Part shown: piece by piece, positions 1 through 12,823 of the stretch | Numbering within the stretch: the stretch's first letter is position 1 | How the letters are laid out: the number at the start of each line of letters is the position of its first letter | Source: Bugula neritina | Lineage: Eukaryota; Animalia; Bryozoa | Assembly (NCBI GenBank): GCA_964035545.1 | Contig: OZ037773.1 | Coordinates: 7,035,751-7,099,750, forward strand | Direction of reading: 5' to 3' | Length of the DNA stretch: 64,000 nucleotides | Program-made: the position numbers and the translations under genes | The notes under the pieces: model-generated | What the model saw: the letters and a program-made list of their open reading frames with translations, nothing else | Told to the model about the DNA's origin: nothing | The model's database searches: none

Positions 1-2122
1 CAGCAGGATATGTTGAGGAGTTATCTCCTCCCCAAATAGCGACTGCATGGCTACAGAGAAACAGGAACTAGTGGCAGTTGTATGCTTTCATGAAACTAGG
101 AAGTTTTTGTATATCGAGATTGACGGACTGCGGCAATAAAATTATTAAATCTGCAATGAGCCACATTTAGTGCTACTAAAATTTTAATATTTTTAAAGCA
201 AGTCAAATATATTAGTTTCCATGTAGTATATATACATCAAGTGCAAAATTTAATAGGTCTATGCACATAAAAAATTACATAGTTATGTCTCAAAGCTAAA
301 GTTGCCTAGTGACAAATTCGGTTGGAACTATAATCAATTTATAGCAGAAGTTGACAAATGATAGAAAACGATTTACCTACTTATACAGGTTTGCATATAA
401 TTTAGCCAGAAAATACAATGGAAATACTTTATACACAAAGAAAGCATATAACATTCACATTGCAAATTATGTATGGATTCATATTTTAACATCTCATAAC
501 TGTTAATTGAAAGCTATTAGTAGCAGCACGAATTCACCTACCAGAGTGCTCTTGCTGGCTGGCGGTAATATTTAGCGCAGTGTTGGACACGGATTTAGCT
601 GTGTTAGGAACCATTGATAGGAGTTTACCCATGTGTTTGTCTGATGTTTCAGTTCTAATGGCAGAGGAGATGCAATAAATTACTGATTCACAATTATGTT
701 TATATATAAACTATAAAGTATATAAAGCATTATATTATAGAATATATATAGTGCCACATATCGTAAATAGCACCACAAAGAAAGGGCATTGATATATACA
801 ACATGTACTCCTACTTCAAATTGTTGAAAGCTTTCAAGGTCATCAGAGCTGTGGTACTTTTGCCTAGTGGTTTATATCTCCCTTGCCAATTCATAGGAAC
901 ACCGTCAACTTCTACACTAGCTGAACTACCTTTAATCTGTTTTGACTTTACCATATTCTATTTCACAGCATGGAAATACAAATTAAAAGTTTATTATCAT
1001 ACCATATGCCATTATGTGTAAATTTTGCATCTGATTAAAACTATGTATGTATGTGTGTGTAGAGTTGGGTAAAAATGGTGTATAAGATCAACTCAAATTT
1101 AATCATAGCACTTTAAATAATGTTTTTAATAAAACTAAAATCAAGCCAGACTACGTAAACAACCAGTACAAGTTTAATTAATGGCTAAAGATTCATCACA
1201 ATATCTTTCAACAAAAATCAAATACACTAAATGGGTGACATGGTATTGAGTAGACCTATCAGTTTCATAATGTTTAGTACACCAGTATTAAGTATGTTAG
1301 CCTCATTTCTTAGAGTTATTGAAAATTTGGTTTAAAAGTTATTAAAATAATAGATTATATCTATTATAAATTCTGTTGACCATCATTTCCAGTCATTACA
1401 TTATACTATGCAGCACTGAAGTAGTATTGCACTTTTATCATAATCAACGCAGCTTCACAACATGCATATAAAATTTTAGCTCAGGATTTCAATAATGCTT
1501 ATTTAGATGGAGTTGTGGTGTTCAACATGACATTTAAGATATTATAAATGCCTACCGCTGCCTCCACAGTTCCAAGCATTTTTGGCTTGAGAGAAGCAGT
1601 GGGACTGAGTCGCTGCTCGGGATCTCGAACCGACACAGAGATTGCTGACAGAACTTTTTGGGCAACAGCAACGGATGACTCATCTTTAAGGGAAATGTTT
1701 CCTGGAAAATTGCATACGTTTGGTAAGCAAAGGCAGATGCAAGTAGGCAGAGGTAAGCAAAGGCACATTAATAGACTTATTTCGTTATAGAGCTTGATAC
1801 ATTTAGCATAATGTTACATATTTGATGTTTAGAAGAAACTTGGAGCATATTGTGAATTTAAGCGTTTCAGAGCAAAATCTGAAGATTTTATTATACTAAA
1901 ACGAATATAAAGATCTATGCTGATGGTTATGCTTATAAATATACGGAGTAGAATAATTATTAAATATTTGCAATTAAAAATTAATAAATTGAAAACCATT
2001 GCAAAAATTATGGTAAAAGGTTAATTGGATATTATTTTCTATATGACTTTTGAAATTAATCTTGACAATTACCAACTTACCAGACATGTTTAAAGTGGTA
2101 AGAGATTGTACAGGTACAGCTT
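1..2122 (-). CDS. Unidentified multi-exon protein-coding gene, partial (continues off left edge; true 5' end not resolved)
   Basis: Minus-strand exons with GT-AG ends and compatible phases: ~2122-2081 (uncertain), 1701-1556 (GNISLKDESSV...GTVEAA), 957-815 (NMVKSKQIKG...AFNNL), 654-542 (TETSDKHMGK...QQEHS), 50-1 (AMQSLFGEEITPQHILL). Frame stays open across four junctions; no family recognised. Confidence 0.6.
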
Positions 2123-3219
2123 CTACAATTGAAAGACATTTTAATTTATGCTTTAGATGCTTAAATACTAGATATTTCCATTCTGCCACTTTTTTATTAT
2201 CAGTAAATATTTTAATCATGGTGAGTGAACTGATCTTTGATATAAGTTTGATGGTTAAGTTTGAGTGTTTTTACGGTTGCCATTGTAAAAATTTAGATCA
2301 TATGATGATGACTTGCAATCAATTTCAAATCAAACTTTTGTTCCAATGTTTAGCTCATAAACTTTCACATTTATAGTATTTACTGATAGTGATTTGAGCA
2401 AACATTGTTTCGAGATAAATTCATTTTGCCGTGCATAAAACTACCTACTTGATATTGATAATTAAACTCATTTATTAGCAGAGTTTCATTATTATTACTT
2501 TGACTAGCACTATTTGTTTTTGTGATCACATCAGCAAGTGAACAGTGGTCACCGTAACAAAAATATATATGATTATAAATTATTTTAACTCAATTTAATT
2601 TTCTACTTAATAGTTAATTTCTATTTTATTCAAGTTTAAATTGTAAAAATAACTCAACTGGCAATTGCTATCATTATCATAAATTATCAGAATGACTATC
2701 AGTAATAGGAGTAGTATCATTATTACTATGAGCATGTGAGGCCCAAATGCCGAAGGGCAAAAGCAAAAATTATTAATCTAAGAGTAAGACTAAGTCTAAA
2801 TCTAATGTTGGTGTGGCAGTTATGAATTTCACTATTTACTCACTTCAATTTAGTAATTAAAGTTATAACAGTAAATATTGCTATTTAATATAACATAGAT
2901 TGCAAATATGTAATGTGTAGCTTTAAGCAATCCTAAAATTTGTTATAATGATCCTACTTTAGCTTGATATAGATTTTAAACGTTGAGCTTGAATTTTTGC
3001 ATCTTAGAAACGGAAATGCTTTGAAGTCTGCTCAAACTATCGGCCTCTATGCTCAGATGACAGTGCTTACTGCAAACTTCATTAAAATAACCTTACGTAC
3101 AAGGGCGAAAAACTAGATTAGATACTGACGAGCCCACGTGTGTTCTTTATTTTACACGTCAACATTTGGTTTTTCTTTTTATTTTTAGTTTCACTAGGTC
3201 AGTTAGTTGGTGGCAATTT

Positions 3220-6200
3220 ATGCTGTTCGAGATGGAATTTCTTTATTTTTTCTTATTGAGTATTTTTATCCAATTGGCGGATGCTAATTTAAGCAAACGG
3301 TTTGAATACAAGCACTCTTTTAAAGGACCTCATCTAGTTCAAAAAGATAGAACCGTACCATTTTGGACCTATGTTGGAAGTAAGTTGAAGCAGTTTGAGT
3401 TTCATTTTCATTTTGGAATAGAATTATATTTAATTTTAAAATTAGTACATACTAATAAGTATTAGAACGATTTGATTAACAAGTAATGATATATCTTAAA
3501 GTTAATCTACTAAAATTTTTGAGTAAAATAGTTTTAGTTTGAACTCTAAACTTAGAATCACCTTCATAATACTAATACTAATAGCTAATAGGTGTGGTTA
3601 TAAAATAATAGATAATATTAATATCACCTTTCATAACCATGATGATTATGATAATCATAATTCACTTATTATTATAACTAGGCCTATGGCTTATGGGTGT
3701 CTGAGACTGATCTTTTACTTTCTAACTGCACACTTGAATAATATTAATATTTAATTGAGAATTAGTTACAACTGCTGTACTAGAGATCCTTCAGTTTCTC
3801 CTAGACATAGTGTTTGATGAACACAGCACAACTGCTCTGATACCGTATTGAGAAGGGTCAACAAAACTACTTGATTTTGAAAAAAAAAAAAAATCAAATT
3901 TTTGTTGTTAACCATTTTTAATAGATACCAATATTTTCTCATTGAATTTATTTGTGATTTATTATTATTATAGTTTAGTTTATAATGAAATGTGTAAAGC
4001 AATAATTTTTAGTATACATTGTAGTATGTTTGTGGTCATTCCCACAATAATCAATTGTTATATATACACGTGATATAGCTACTTTGTTAATGTGTTATGT
4101 ATTTTCTTTCCATTTGATATCATATTTCCATTGGTTTATTTTTAGATGCAATTGCCAGTGATGACTTTGTCCGTCTCGCCCCATCACTGAAAAGTCAGCG
4201 AGGTATGTAAGTCAGCTTTACATAATCAATGGAGTATGCGGGTGAGTTTAGGAATGTAAGTCAGCTGATGTGGTGAGGAAAAAGTTGTATGGTCAGACTA
4301 ACTTACTTTCTTTTTGCATTTTGTCACCACTCCAATGTTGCACTTTTGCAGTTTGATTCTGCAAGAGACGGAGTAATTTAATCTATAGGCAGGTTATAAG
4401 CTTTATTTTCCATGGTATGTTAGATAGATAGATTAAGGGAACCTGTCGCAACCTGTTGAATACTGTACTGGATGTGCTCACTCCTTCTATGTCTTTATGC
4501 AGGTTTGATATGGAACAAGTTGCCTGTTGACTTCCCCAACTGGGAGGTTGAGTTGACGTTTAAAGTGGCTGGCAGAGGGAGAATAGGAGCTGATGGTCTG
4601 GTATGTAGGCTGCTGCCAGTATTTGTAGTCAGCTGCTGTGTTTTTATTTAAATACTGAAGTATGAAAACATCTCAGCCTAATAGTTGCTTCATGTAAGCA
4701 TAATTTCTAATTGCTATCAACCAGCCCTATAGAAAAATTGACATAATAATTTGAGATAAGATAAAGGCTCTCAGTGTACATCTTCTAAACTCCTTGCTGC
4801 TCTAACATTTGAAAATGGCTCCAAACTTAATGCCCATGTGGTGAGTATTTCGAATATATGCTGGTGCAAGTATATCAAGACTAATTCACTGTCATTTCAC
4901 TTGTATGAGTAGTCTAGCTAGTTTATCATTCTTTGTTGTATTATAATGTAATGTAGCTGAATGGTAAATCCGTCCTATAACTGGTTCGAGCTTGTTATAG
5001 TCTAAGGATAGCTTTACAGTATCATATGCATGCGTATCACGATTGACAGTGGGTGCTCTCACTATAATGTTGTCACTGTATGACAAGTGCTCTGTTACTA
5101 TAATTTTGCTACTGTATCACACAGGCTCTGTCACTTAGCTTTTGAGAGCGTACCAAATATTAGATATATACTATAATAATATTTCAATAAAATTGTTCTT
5201 TGTCATCGTTTGTCAGTGTATTTGAATAGAATTATATCGCTACTTGGACGCATCTTACTGTCGGTATGATTAATAAACCATATGAGTATAACTGTAAATT
5301 ATTGTTATCCAGAACTGTTGTGACATGCTGATCTCTTGTGACATCACTAACTGCTTGCTGTAGGCATTCTGGTACACCACAGGAAACGAGGCCCTGACTG
5401 GCCCAGTGTTCGGAGCCCAAGACAATTGGAACGGGCTGGGAGTGTTTTTCGACTCCTTTGATAATGATGGAGGGGTAAGTGGGGGTTGTTGTAGTTAAGT
5501 GAGTGGTTATTCCTTTTAGACATTTGACATTTCATAATACTACCTAGAGAGTTGGTGTACTTTAACTGCTCTCTGTGCCATTCCTGGGATATTATATATA
5601 GCAATCTTATTGATTTGTATTTACTGTGTAAATTGGCTTGCAGTAACTGCTCTATAGTAGGTAGTTGTCTAGCCCTTGTCGTGTGCACACTTTATCTCCT
5701 GCTCTAACCAGTTCTGTTTTTGATTCTGAGAGTTTTTCTTCAAATATGGCCTTTAGAAAAGACAACTTCAACAATTTACAAGTTTGCTGTTTCTTATTTT
5801 AAGTCTACTGTATGGCTTATTTAATAGGTAAAGTAGAAGTTTTTCTTAATTTTAATTTGAAAAATTTTATGCTAAAACTAATATTATCTTAAGGTAAGCA
5901 GAATATGAAATATTTTATCTATTTTCACTCAATTTTGTAGTTTTAATATAAAACTATTTTTAACAAAAATACAAAGTTTTTGTTTTCCCTGTTAAGTTTA
6001 AATTTGTGATGTAATTTTCCGTGCATGTACTATTTTAAGACTGACGTGCAGGTAAACTAGATATACTCGTAGTTGACAATACAGTGTAGCTATACACCTT
6101 TCTAACTGCCTGCAGAATTACCCCAGTGTTTGTGTTGCTTTTATTATTTTGCTGGACCTTTCTTGAGTGTATTGTGTATTATTTTTACACTCATGAGTTT

Positions 6201-9200
6201 ATAATTGATTGCCTCGATTAGCCTTAAATTTGTTTCTTTTTTCTGAAGCTGGTTTTTTATTATGAAATTTAGTTGAAATGTATTTCCCGAGTAAGAAAAT
6301 TACTGCAAAATGATTTATTTCATTCCAGAGTGTCTCATTTTTACATGAGCAACTTTCAACTACAAAAATGGAAAGGCAAGATTTGAAGATTTTTTTCACT
6401 CAATCATTTAGACTTGGTTCTTCCTTTCTGAATCTAGGTTTGTCTGAAACCCAAACTTTTGAGCACCTCCCAGGCTAGGATACCATTAACATCATGCTGT
6501 ATGCTTTCAAGATTGAAGTTATTTTCACACACATTTATTGAACTGGGTTTCCCAGGGACTAGCTGTATTATGATTTTGCTGTTTTTGTCACCTGTTGACC
6601 CTTACTTCTATGTGGAACAACAACCCTTACTTCTTTGTAGAGCAATAACCCGTACATCAGTGCACATCTGAACGATGGTACAAAGAAGTTTGACCACCAG
6701 ACAGACGGCAACCAGAACCAGCTGGGTGGCTGCATGAGGGACTACAGGAACAAGCCATTCGCTACGAAAGCTAAAGTCAGATATGAGAACAAAGTTCTGT
6801 CGGTATGTATGGACTGAGTCAGATGTGTGGGTAGTAATCAGATGAAGTTTGAGTATGTTTGATGTGACCCATTCAGTAGAGATGATGGGCTAGCATCAGC
6901 CCTTCTCCAACTTTGTATTATACTGGGTCTAGAACCCTGCAAGCACTCTTAATGTAGTAAACTATGATCGTGGCCTGCCTTAATACTTAATAGTCATTAG
7001 TTCTAGCCACTACTTGCGTCTAGCCTACAAATCTCTAATGGTAATAACAATCATGTTTACAAGATTTTAACTTCTGCTAGAGCTGAGTCTATGTAGTTGT
7101 GGCCAACCTTACAGTGGATTGAGTACTGTGTGTGAATCAACAGTGTGTGTACTGTGAGTGAGTTAACGATGTAAGTCAACAGTGTAAGTGCTGTCAGTAC
7201 TAAGAGTGCTATAAATTAACTGCTGCACTACTAAATATTCACTGCGGAGTAGCTCTACTCTACTCTTCTTGTGCGATCACAGATGTTCTTGAGCAGTGGG
7301 CTAACAAAGCCTACAGCCGTGGAAGATGGTGCCGAGCATCTCTATGATTTGTGTGCCTACATACCAAACGTAGAGTTACCCGGCAGCGGGCACTTTAGTG
7401 TGTCGGCAGCCACCGGAGCCCTAGCAGGTAACACCTCTTGCTACCGTGGTGGTTATTCGGCAGCAGCGCCTGGTTACTCACCGCTTGTCAATTTACTGCG
7501 CTTTGGGTGTTTGTGTTTTAGCACCTGATTACTGCTAACTTTAAACGATAACACAACTCCCTGGCGAGTTCCACCCCCTGCACTGTGTTTATCTTATGCA
7601 CTAAGATACTGAGAGAGTCACTGTGATTAGCCTAGCCAGACGTTGTCTCACAGCTCTAGAACAATCTCTTGAGATTTTTACTTGCGCCATGTTTCCTGCG
7701 TTATGTCTACTTGAGACATAACATGGCTGATCACTATTGACTCTCTTTGTATCTCTTCTGTTAACACTGCTTTCCATGTCTCCGTGTTTCACAGTCCAAA
7801 TTGCTAACTCTGTGTGTGTGCTGCCAAGCTTGTCTGTTTCATTTTCAGCTGTCTATTCACAATGGTTTAACTAGCAGTGTCACTGAAGATAGTTTTGATG
7901 TGTGTAAAGTAATAATGGATGTAGACCTGCAACCCGGCGGGCATTTTAGTGTATCTGCCGCTACAGGTGGTTTGGCAGGTGGGTTATGTGCATAGAAACA
8001 GGTAGCTCTTAGTGTTAGCAGGTGCCTTTAGGAGCAGCTGCTCCTAGTGACAGGCGTCTCCTAGTGGCAAGTGCTCTTAGTGACAGGTGTCTCCTGGTAG
8101 CAGGTGCTCCTTAGTGACAAGTGTCCCCCAGTGGCAGGTGCTCCTAGTGGCAGGTGCTCCTTAGTGACGGGTGTCTCCTAGTGGCAGGTGCTCCTAGTGA
8201 CAGGTGTCTCCTAGTGGCAGGTACTCCTAGTGGCAGGTGTCTCCTAGTAGCAGGTGCTCCTTAGTGACAGGTGTCTCCTAGTGGCAGGTGCTCCTAGTGA
8301 CAGGTGTCTCCTAGTAGCAGGTGCCCCTTAGTGGCAGGTGTCTCCTAGAAGTGGGTAACCTCTTGTGGCAAGTAACCTCTAGTGACAGATGCCGACAAGC
8401 TTTATGAAGTTTTTTCTGATTTTCTCAAGTGACTTTCTCACACACTAGGCATAGTTTAACTCTTTTTGATGAGGGAACTGGGATTTAGATTGTAAGCACT
8501 CTACTCTCCTGCTTTCAACATCTGTCAACTGCACCGAAGCTAACCAATGATTTATTTCTAACACTTCTCACTTTTTGTTGTATTTATTAGCATGAAATAA
8601 TCAATATATTGAAGTTGTTGCCTCTCTGACCATATTGAATCAATGATAGGACAACTCATTAGTATTTATATTTATTGGTCATTTAAAAGATTACAAGTTA
8701 ATTTTACAACTGATTGTAGAATGACTGTTGAAAAATCTTTTGCCAATTATTGCCAAATAATTCAGCTTCTCGCAAGTTTACAGTTGTCGTATAATTATGT
8801 TTTTTAAGTTTTCTTTTTTTATTTATGAAACAAATTTATTTTAATATTTTTGCTGGAATGCTACTTGCAGTGTTGTGGTGAGCAAGACATAAACACTAGT
8901 TTCTCTTTAAATGTTACTAAAAGTTTTTTAAATCCATTATAGTTATCCACATTATTTATTACGCATAATTAAATTTTGGCAACAATGTTTAATTTTAGCA
9001 AAAGCAGTAGCGATTCGTTCATACTAAATCAAATGATATGACTGTTTTCAATGTTGAAAGATGATTTATGCGATAGATGTAATAATTTATAAGATTTATA
9101 TCTGTAAAGTGTTCATTGATTTTGTTCTGTAGGTGATATAAAAATTTTATCTCATGTGTAGATTTTGTGTTTACGGGTTTACATTTATTTTCTGCTTCTA

Positions 9201-11675
9201 GATGATCATGATATAATTTCATTCATGGCTCATAGTCTGAGGACAGAAGAAGAAATGGTAGGTCTGCACACTATCTCAGTCTATCTAATATTTACTAGCA
9301 TTGTCAGTACAGCATACAGCAACTACCTTGGGCAACATGCCATCAGTTGACAAGGGAGTTGTCTATAAGCAGCTCTAAGTTAGGGGTGACTGAGTGCAGT
9401 ATTTTGGGGTTCTCGAGTTTTGAGTTGGGGTTTATTGAAACCCCAAACTCAAGAACTGCAAGCTGCTGCACTTAATCACCTCCAACGTGCAGCTGCTTAT
9501 AGGAGCAATTCTTGACAATGTGTGTCAGTTGACAGAATAATATTATTGATATAAAATGAAACACTTATGAAATTCTCTAATGAATGGTGCTGTTGCATAA
9601 TGACTCGGTATTCTATTCAGAAGTCAAAGCAAGCCATAGCTGACGAGGAGAGAGCCAAGTATGACAAGGAGTTTGAAGAGTATGACAAGCAGCTGAATGA
9701 GGCCAAGACTGAGTACCAGAAGGAGAATCCTGAAGCCAACGCTAAGGAGGACGAAGAGGAAGAATTTGTAAGTAGGCGGGACTATCCAGCTCATAGTGGG
9801 CGGTGACAAGTTGCCTTTAAACTGGGTGTCATGATATCTACTCACTCCACCCTACTTGTGCAGATGTGTTCTCAAAAATCGTCGAGTGGCTGGCAGATTC
9901 TTGGCTGTGTTTCCAAGTTGGGCTCTGTTTTCCAGCTAGTGTTGTGTAGTTAGAAACTAGTTGTGTTGTTGCTTATAGTTTGCAAGTAAACCATAAACTC
10001 ATATGCATTTTGTAATATAATGTGTATAAATAATGCCATACCAGAAGAGACTAGCTTTATTACAAACACTATACTACCATTTCATCAGTATTCAGACATG
10101 TCTACATCTATCTGTGCATTTCCAAAATATTCACGCTCACAACTTGTCTCTCTCGTTGCATTAACTGATATAAAAGAACTGGCTATATGTGTGTATGGTG
10201 CTGATGTTGTTTGACAGTATGACACTGGTGTGAAGGAACTGAAGATGATATTTGATGGCCAAGACCACATACACCAGTCAATAAATGCCATCAATAGAAG
10301 ACTGAATGAGCTAATAGGCACATCACAGCAACTAGCAGCTCAAATAGGACAGCTGGCCCAGCAGGGTGCAGGTGTGCAACAGGTGAGTGTGAAGTGCCGT
10401 ACTAGCTGTCACTGAGCAGGTAGTGTCAGGTGCTCTGTCACTCAGCAGGTAGTGTCAGGTACTCTGTCACTGAGCAGGTAGTGTCAGGTACTCTGTCACT
10501 CAGCAGGTAGTGTCAGGTGCTCTGTCACTGAGCAGGTAGTGTCAGGTACTAGGTCACTCAGCAGGTAGTGTCATGTTATTGACTAGATGTTATGTTGATT
10601 ATTATGTAACTTGTGCAGGCTTTTCCATGTGTTTTTTTACTGACAGGCTGGCCAAATACCTGCCCAGCCACCTGCCCAGCCACCTGCCACAGGTACTGGA
10701 ACACCTGCTATACAACGACATGAAGTAGATCACCTTATAAGAAATGGCAATGATCTGGTTCAACAGCTGAATCAACTAAAGTAAATTTACTCTACCTAAA
10801 GTGGTTGTCATAGTAGCTGCAGTAGTTATCATATTAGCTGCCGTAGTTGTTATATTAGCTACAGTAGTTGTTATATTAGCTACAGTAGTTGTTATATAGC
10901 CTAAAACCTATGCTAGTGGTAAAAGTTATTAGATTTACTGGTTGATATTTTAGAAATAGTGTAGAAAGTATTGCCCGAGAAAAAAGGGACGCCCCACCTG
11001 CACCCCCATCATATGAGGACCAAGCAGGCACCCAGCTAATAAAAAATAATGTTGATGAAATGAAAACTATACTAAAACAGTTGCAAGCTGACGCATATGT
11101 CAATTCACAGGTATATCTGAGTTGAAGTTGTATTGATATAGCGAGATTCATTGTGATATGATATCAGTAAAGCTAGATTGGCCACATCTTACAAACGTTG
11201 TCATTGGTCAACTCACATTACTGGAAATTACGTTCAAATATCATGATGATTGAAAGTAATTACCAGTCATTTTAAAATAGTTCTTTTTTAAATTAAATAT
11301 TATTCTTGTCGTTATGTTTGCATATGTCTAAATATACTTTAATATGTATATAGTAGTTGCACTTGCCTTACTCCTTCATAATGTATTCTGCTCCATAAAA
11401 TATTATGAATATGCTAACTTATCAGTGACGTATTCTCTGCTTTTACAGTGTTGTTGCTCACGATTGTTAGTTTCAGTTATTTTCATAACTCAATACAATC
11501 CTTTGCAGCAAATCCTGTATGTTTGTAGAAAGGAGGAGGTGCCTCAAGCTGTCCTGAAGTTAGCTGCTTATCCACAACCTACTTTGGTGTCTTCATTGTG
11601 GGACAGGTGGTCTTACTCCTTCTCTACAGCGTCTACCAGTCTCGCAAAGAAGCTGCGGCTAAGAAATTCTATTAA
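3220..11675 (+). CDS. LMAN1: ERGIC-53 / lectin mannose-binding 1 (L-type lectin cargo receptor)
   Basis: Exons 3220-3379, 4146-4202, 4503-4600, 5364-5474, 6641-6802, [7283-7427 or 7849-7978], 9202-9257, 9621-9767, 10218-10382, 10647-10780, 10954-11110, 11529-11675. Signal peptide, RFEYKHSFKGPHL, GRIGADGLAFWY, DSFDNDG, CMRDYRNKP, SAATGGLADDHD, coiled-coil stalk, juxtamembrane Cys pair (CPEVSC), TM segment and C-terminal KKFY. ATG could be 3220 or 3232. Confidence 0.96.
7283..7427 (+). CDS. LMAN1: LMAN1 alternative exon 6a (MFLSSGLT...GHFSVSAATGALA)
   Basis: cacag acceptor, gtaac donor, 145 nt, phase 0 to 1; paralogous to exon 6b. Confidence 0.8.
7849..7978 (+). CDS. LMAN1: LMAN1 alternative exon 6b (LSIHNGLT...GHFSVSAATGGLA)
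   Basis: ttttcag acceptor with upstream ctaac branch-like motif (~7804), gtgggt donor, 130 nt, phase 0 to 1. Confidence 0.85.
8005..8390 (+). repeat. Tandem repeat, ~16-18 bp unit CTCCTAGTGGCAGGTG
   Basis: About 20 degenerate copies beginning ~25 nt after the exon 6b donor. Confidence 0.9.
9363..9502. mobile_element. ~140 bp foldback/palindromic element (MITE-like)
   Basis: Nested inverted arms: CTATAAGCAGCT/AGCTGCTTATAG, GGTGACTGAGTGCAG/CTGCACTTAATCACC, TTGAGTTGGGGTT/AACCCCAAACTCAA. Confidence 0.6.
10406..10573 (+). repeat. Tandem repeat, 29 bp unit CTGTCACTGAGCAGGTAGTGTCAGGTGCT
   Basis: About 6 copies directly after the LMAN1 donor at 10383. Confidence 0.9.
10813..10899 (+). repeat. Tandem repeat, 21 bp unit TAGCTACAGTAGTTGTTATAT
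   Basis: About 4 copies in a short LMAN1 intron. Confidence 0.85.
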
Positions 11676-12823
11676 CTTTGTTTCTATAAAAACTAAAAGC
11701 TCGTAATTATAAAAAATTCTGCGATATTTTATCAATCGTAACTAGGTATTTGATTGGCTATGGTAACACATTTTATTACGTAATTGAGTTTAATTCTGAA
11801 TGTCGTCACAAGGATATATTTTATGATTTATAGAGAATGCTGGCGATGGTGCATGCATTGCCATTATTTTACATTTATATTGTTCTAAAACTTAACAATT
11901 GCTGCATTCTTCAAATTATTTTGAGACCTGTCGATTATTTTCATGAATTTGCAAGTTATTAGTTTTTGAGAATGCTGTAGCCACCGTACCTCTTCCATGA
12001 TCTGATTAGCATGTAGTTATACATTTAGTTTCTTTAGAACTATTGCTGGTGATATTATAGAGCAGTTCATATTTAGCCGAGTAGTCACGTCAGTATTTCA
12101 TAGAGTACTAGTCATATACCACATACACAACTATTTCCTGTCTATATGTCCATAGGTCTATTCCCGTGTTGTTATTGATGTTACAATCAAAGTCAATACA
12201 TTGATTGATATCGTGTTGGGTGCTGATGATTATATATATATGTTTTGAAGCATGGAAATTGTTTCACTGTTGAATTTGAATACACATTAATTCTCTATAC
12301 CTACCTATCAGCATTTACTGCTGCGTTTATAATTTACTTTTGCTGTGTTAAAATGTATGGCTGCCATTTTTATCAGTTGCACTCTTTGCAGTTGCAGAAT
12401 ATGCAAGTTCTTCCGTATTGTATTAGTGGTATAATGCAGTTCATAAATAGTAATCAACGAGATTATTTTTGTTTCAAAAGTCTTGATTTGGTAACTCATA
12501 GCAGATGTTATTTTGAAATTGTTTTTAATTTTATTAAAAGAATAATTTAGTTACAAAATATTTTGTGTTGGGTCTTGAAAATAAAAACAGCAGTAATTTA
12601 TATTGGAAGATAAAACATTATAGCAAAAATAAGTCCAGTTTGTGTAAATGCTTCTTTCAATGGATGAAAGATTGTAGTCGATCCGCACTAACAGAAAATT
12701 GGTGCAAACAAAAACACTACTATACAGAAAGTTTCGAGGTTCTATAGTCCCAATTATAGTTCAATTTGTAAATAAAATAAATCATAATATATTCATCTGC
12801 ACTGTGCACTCCTTATGTTCTAT

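Noticed and set aside
7283-7427. Exon 6a as a dead pseudo-exon
   Set aside because: Open frame, intact splice sites, same phases, conserved Cys and motif despite many silent changes; pseudo-exon is less likely though not excluded without RNA data
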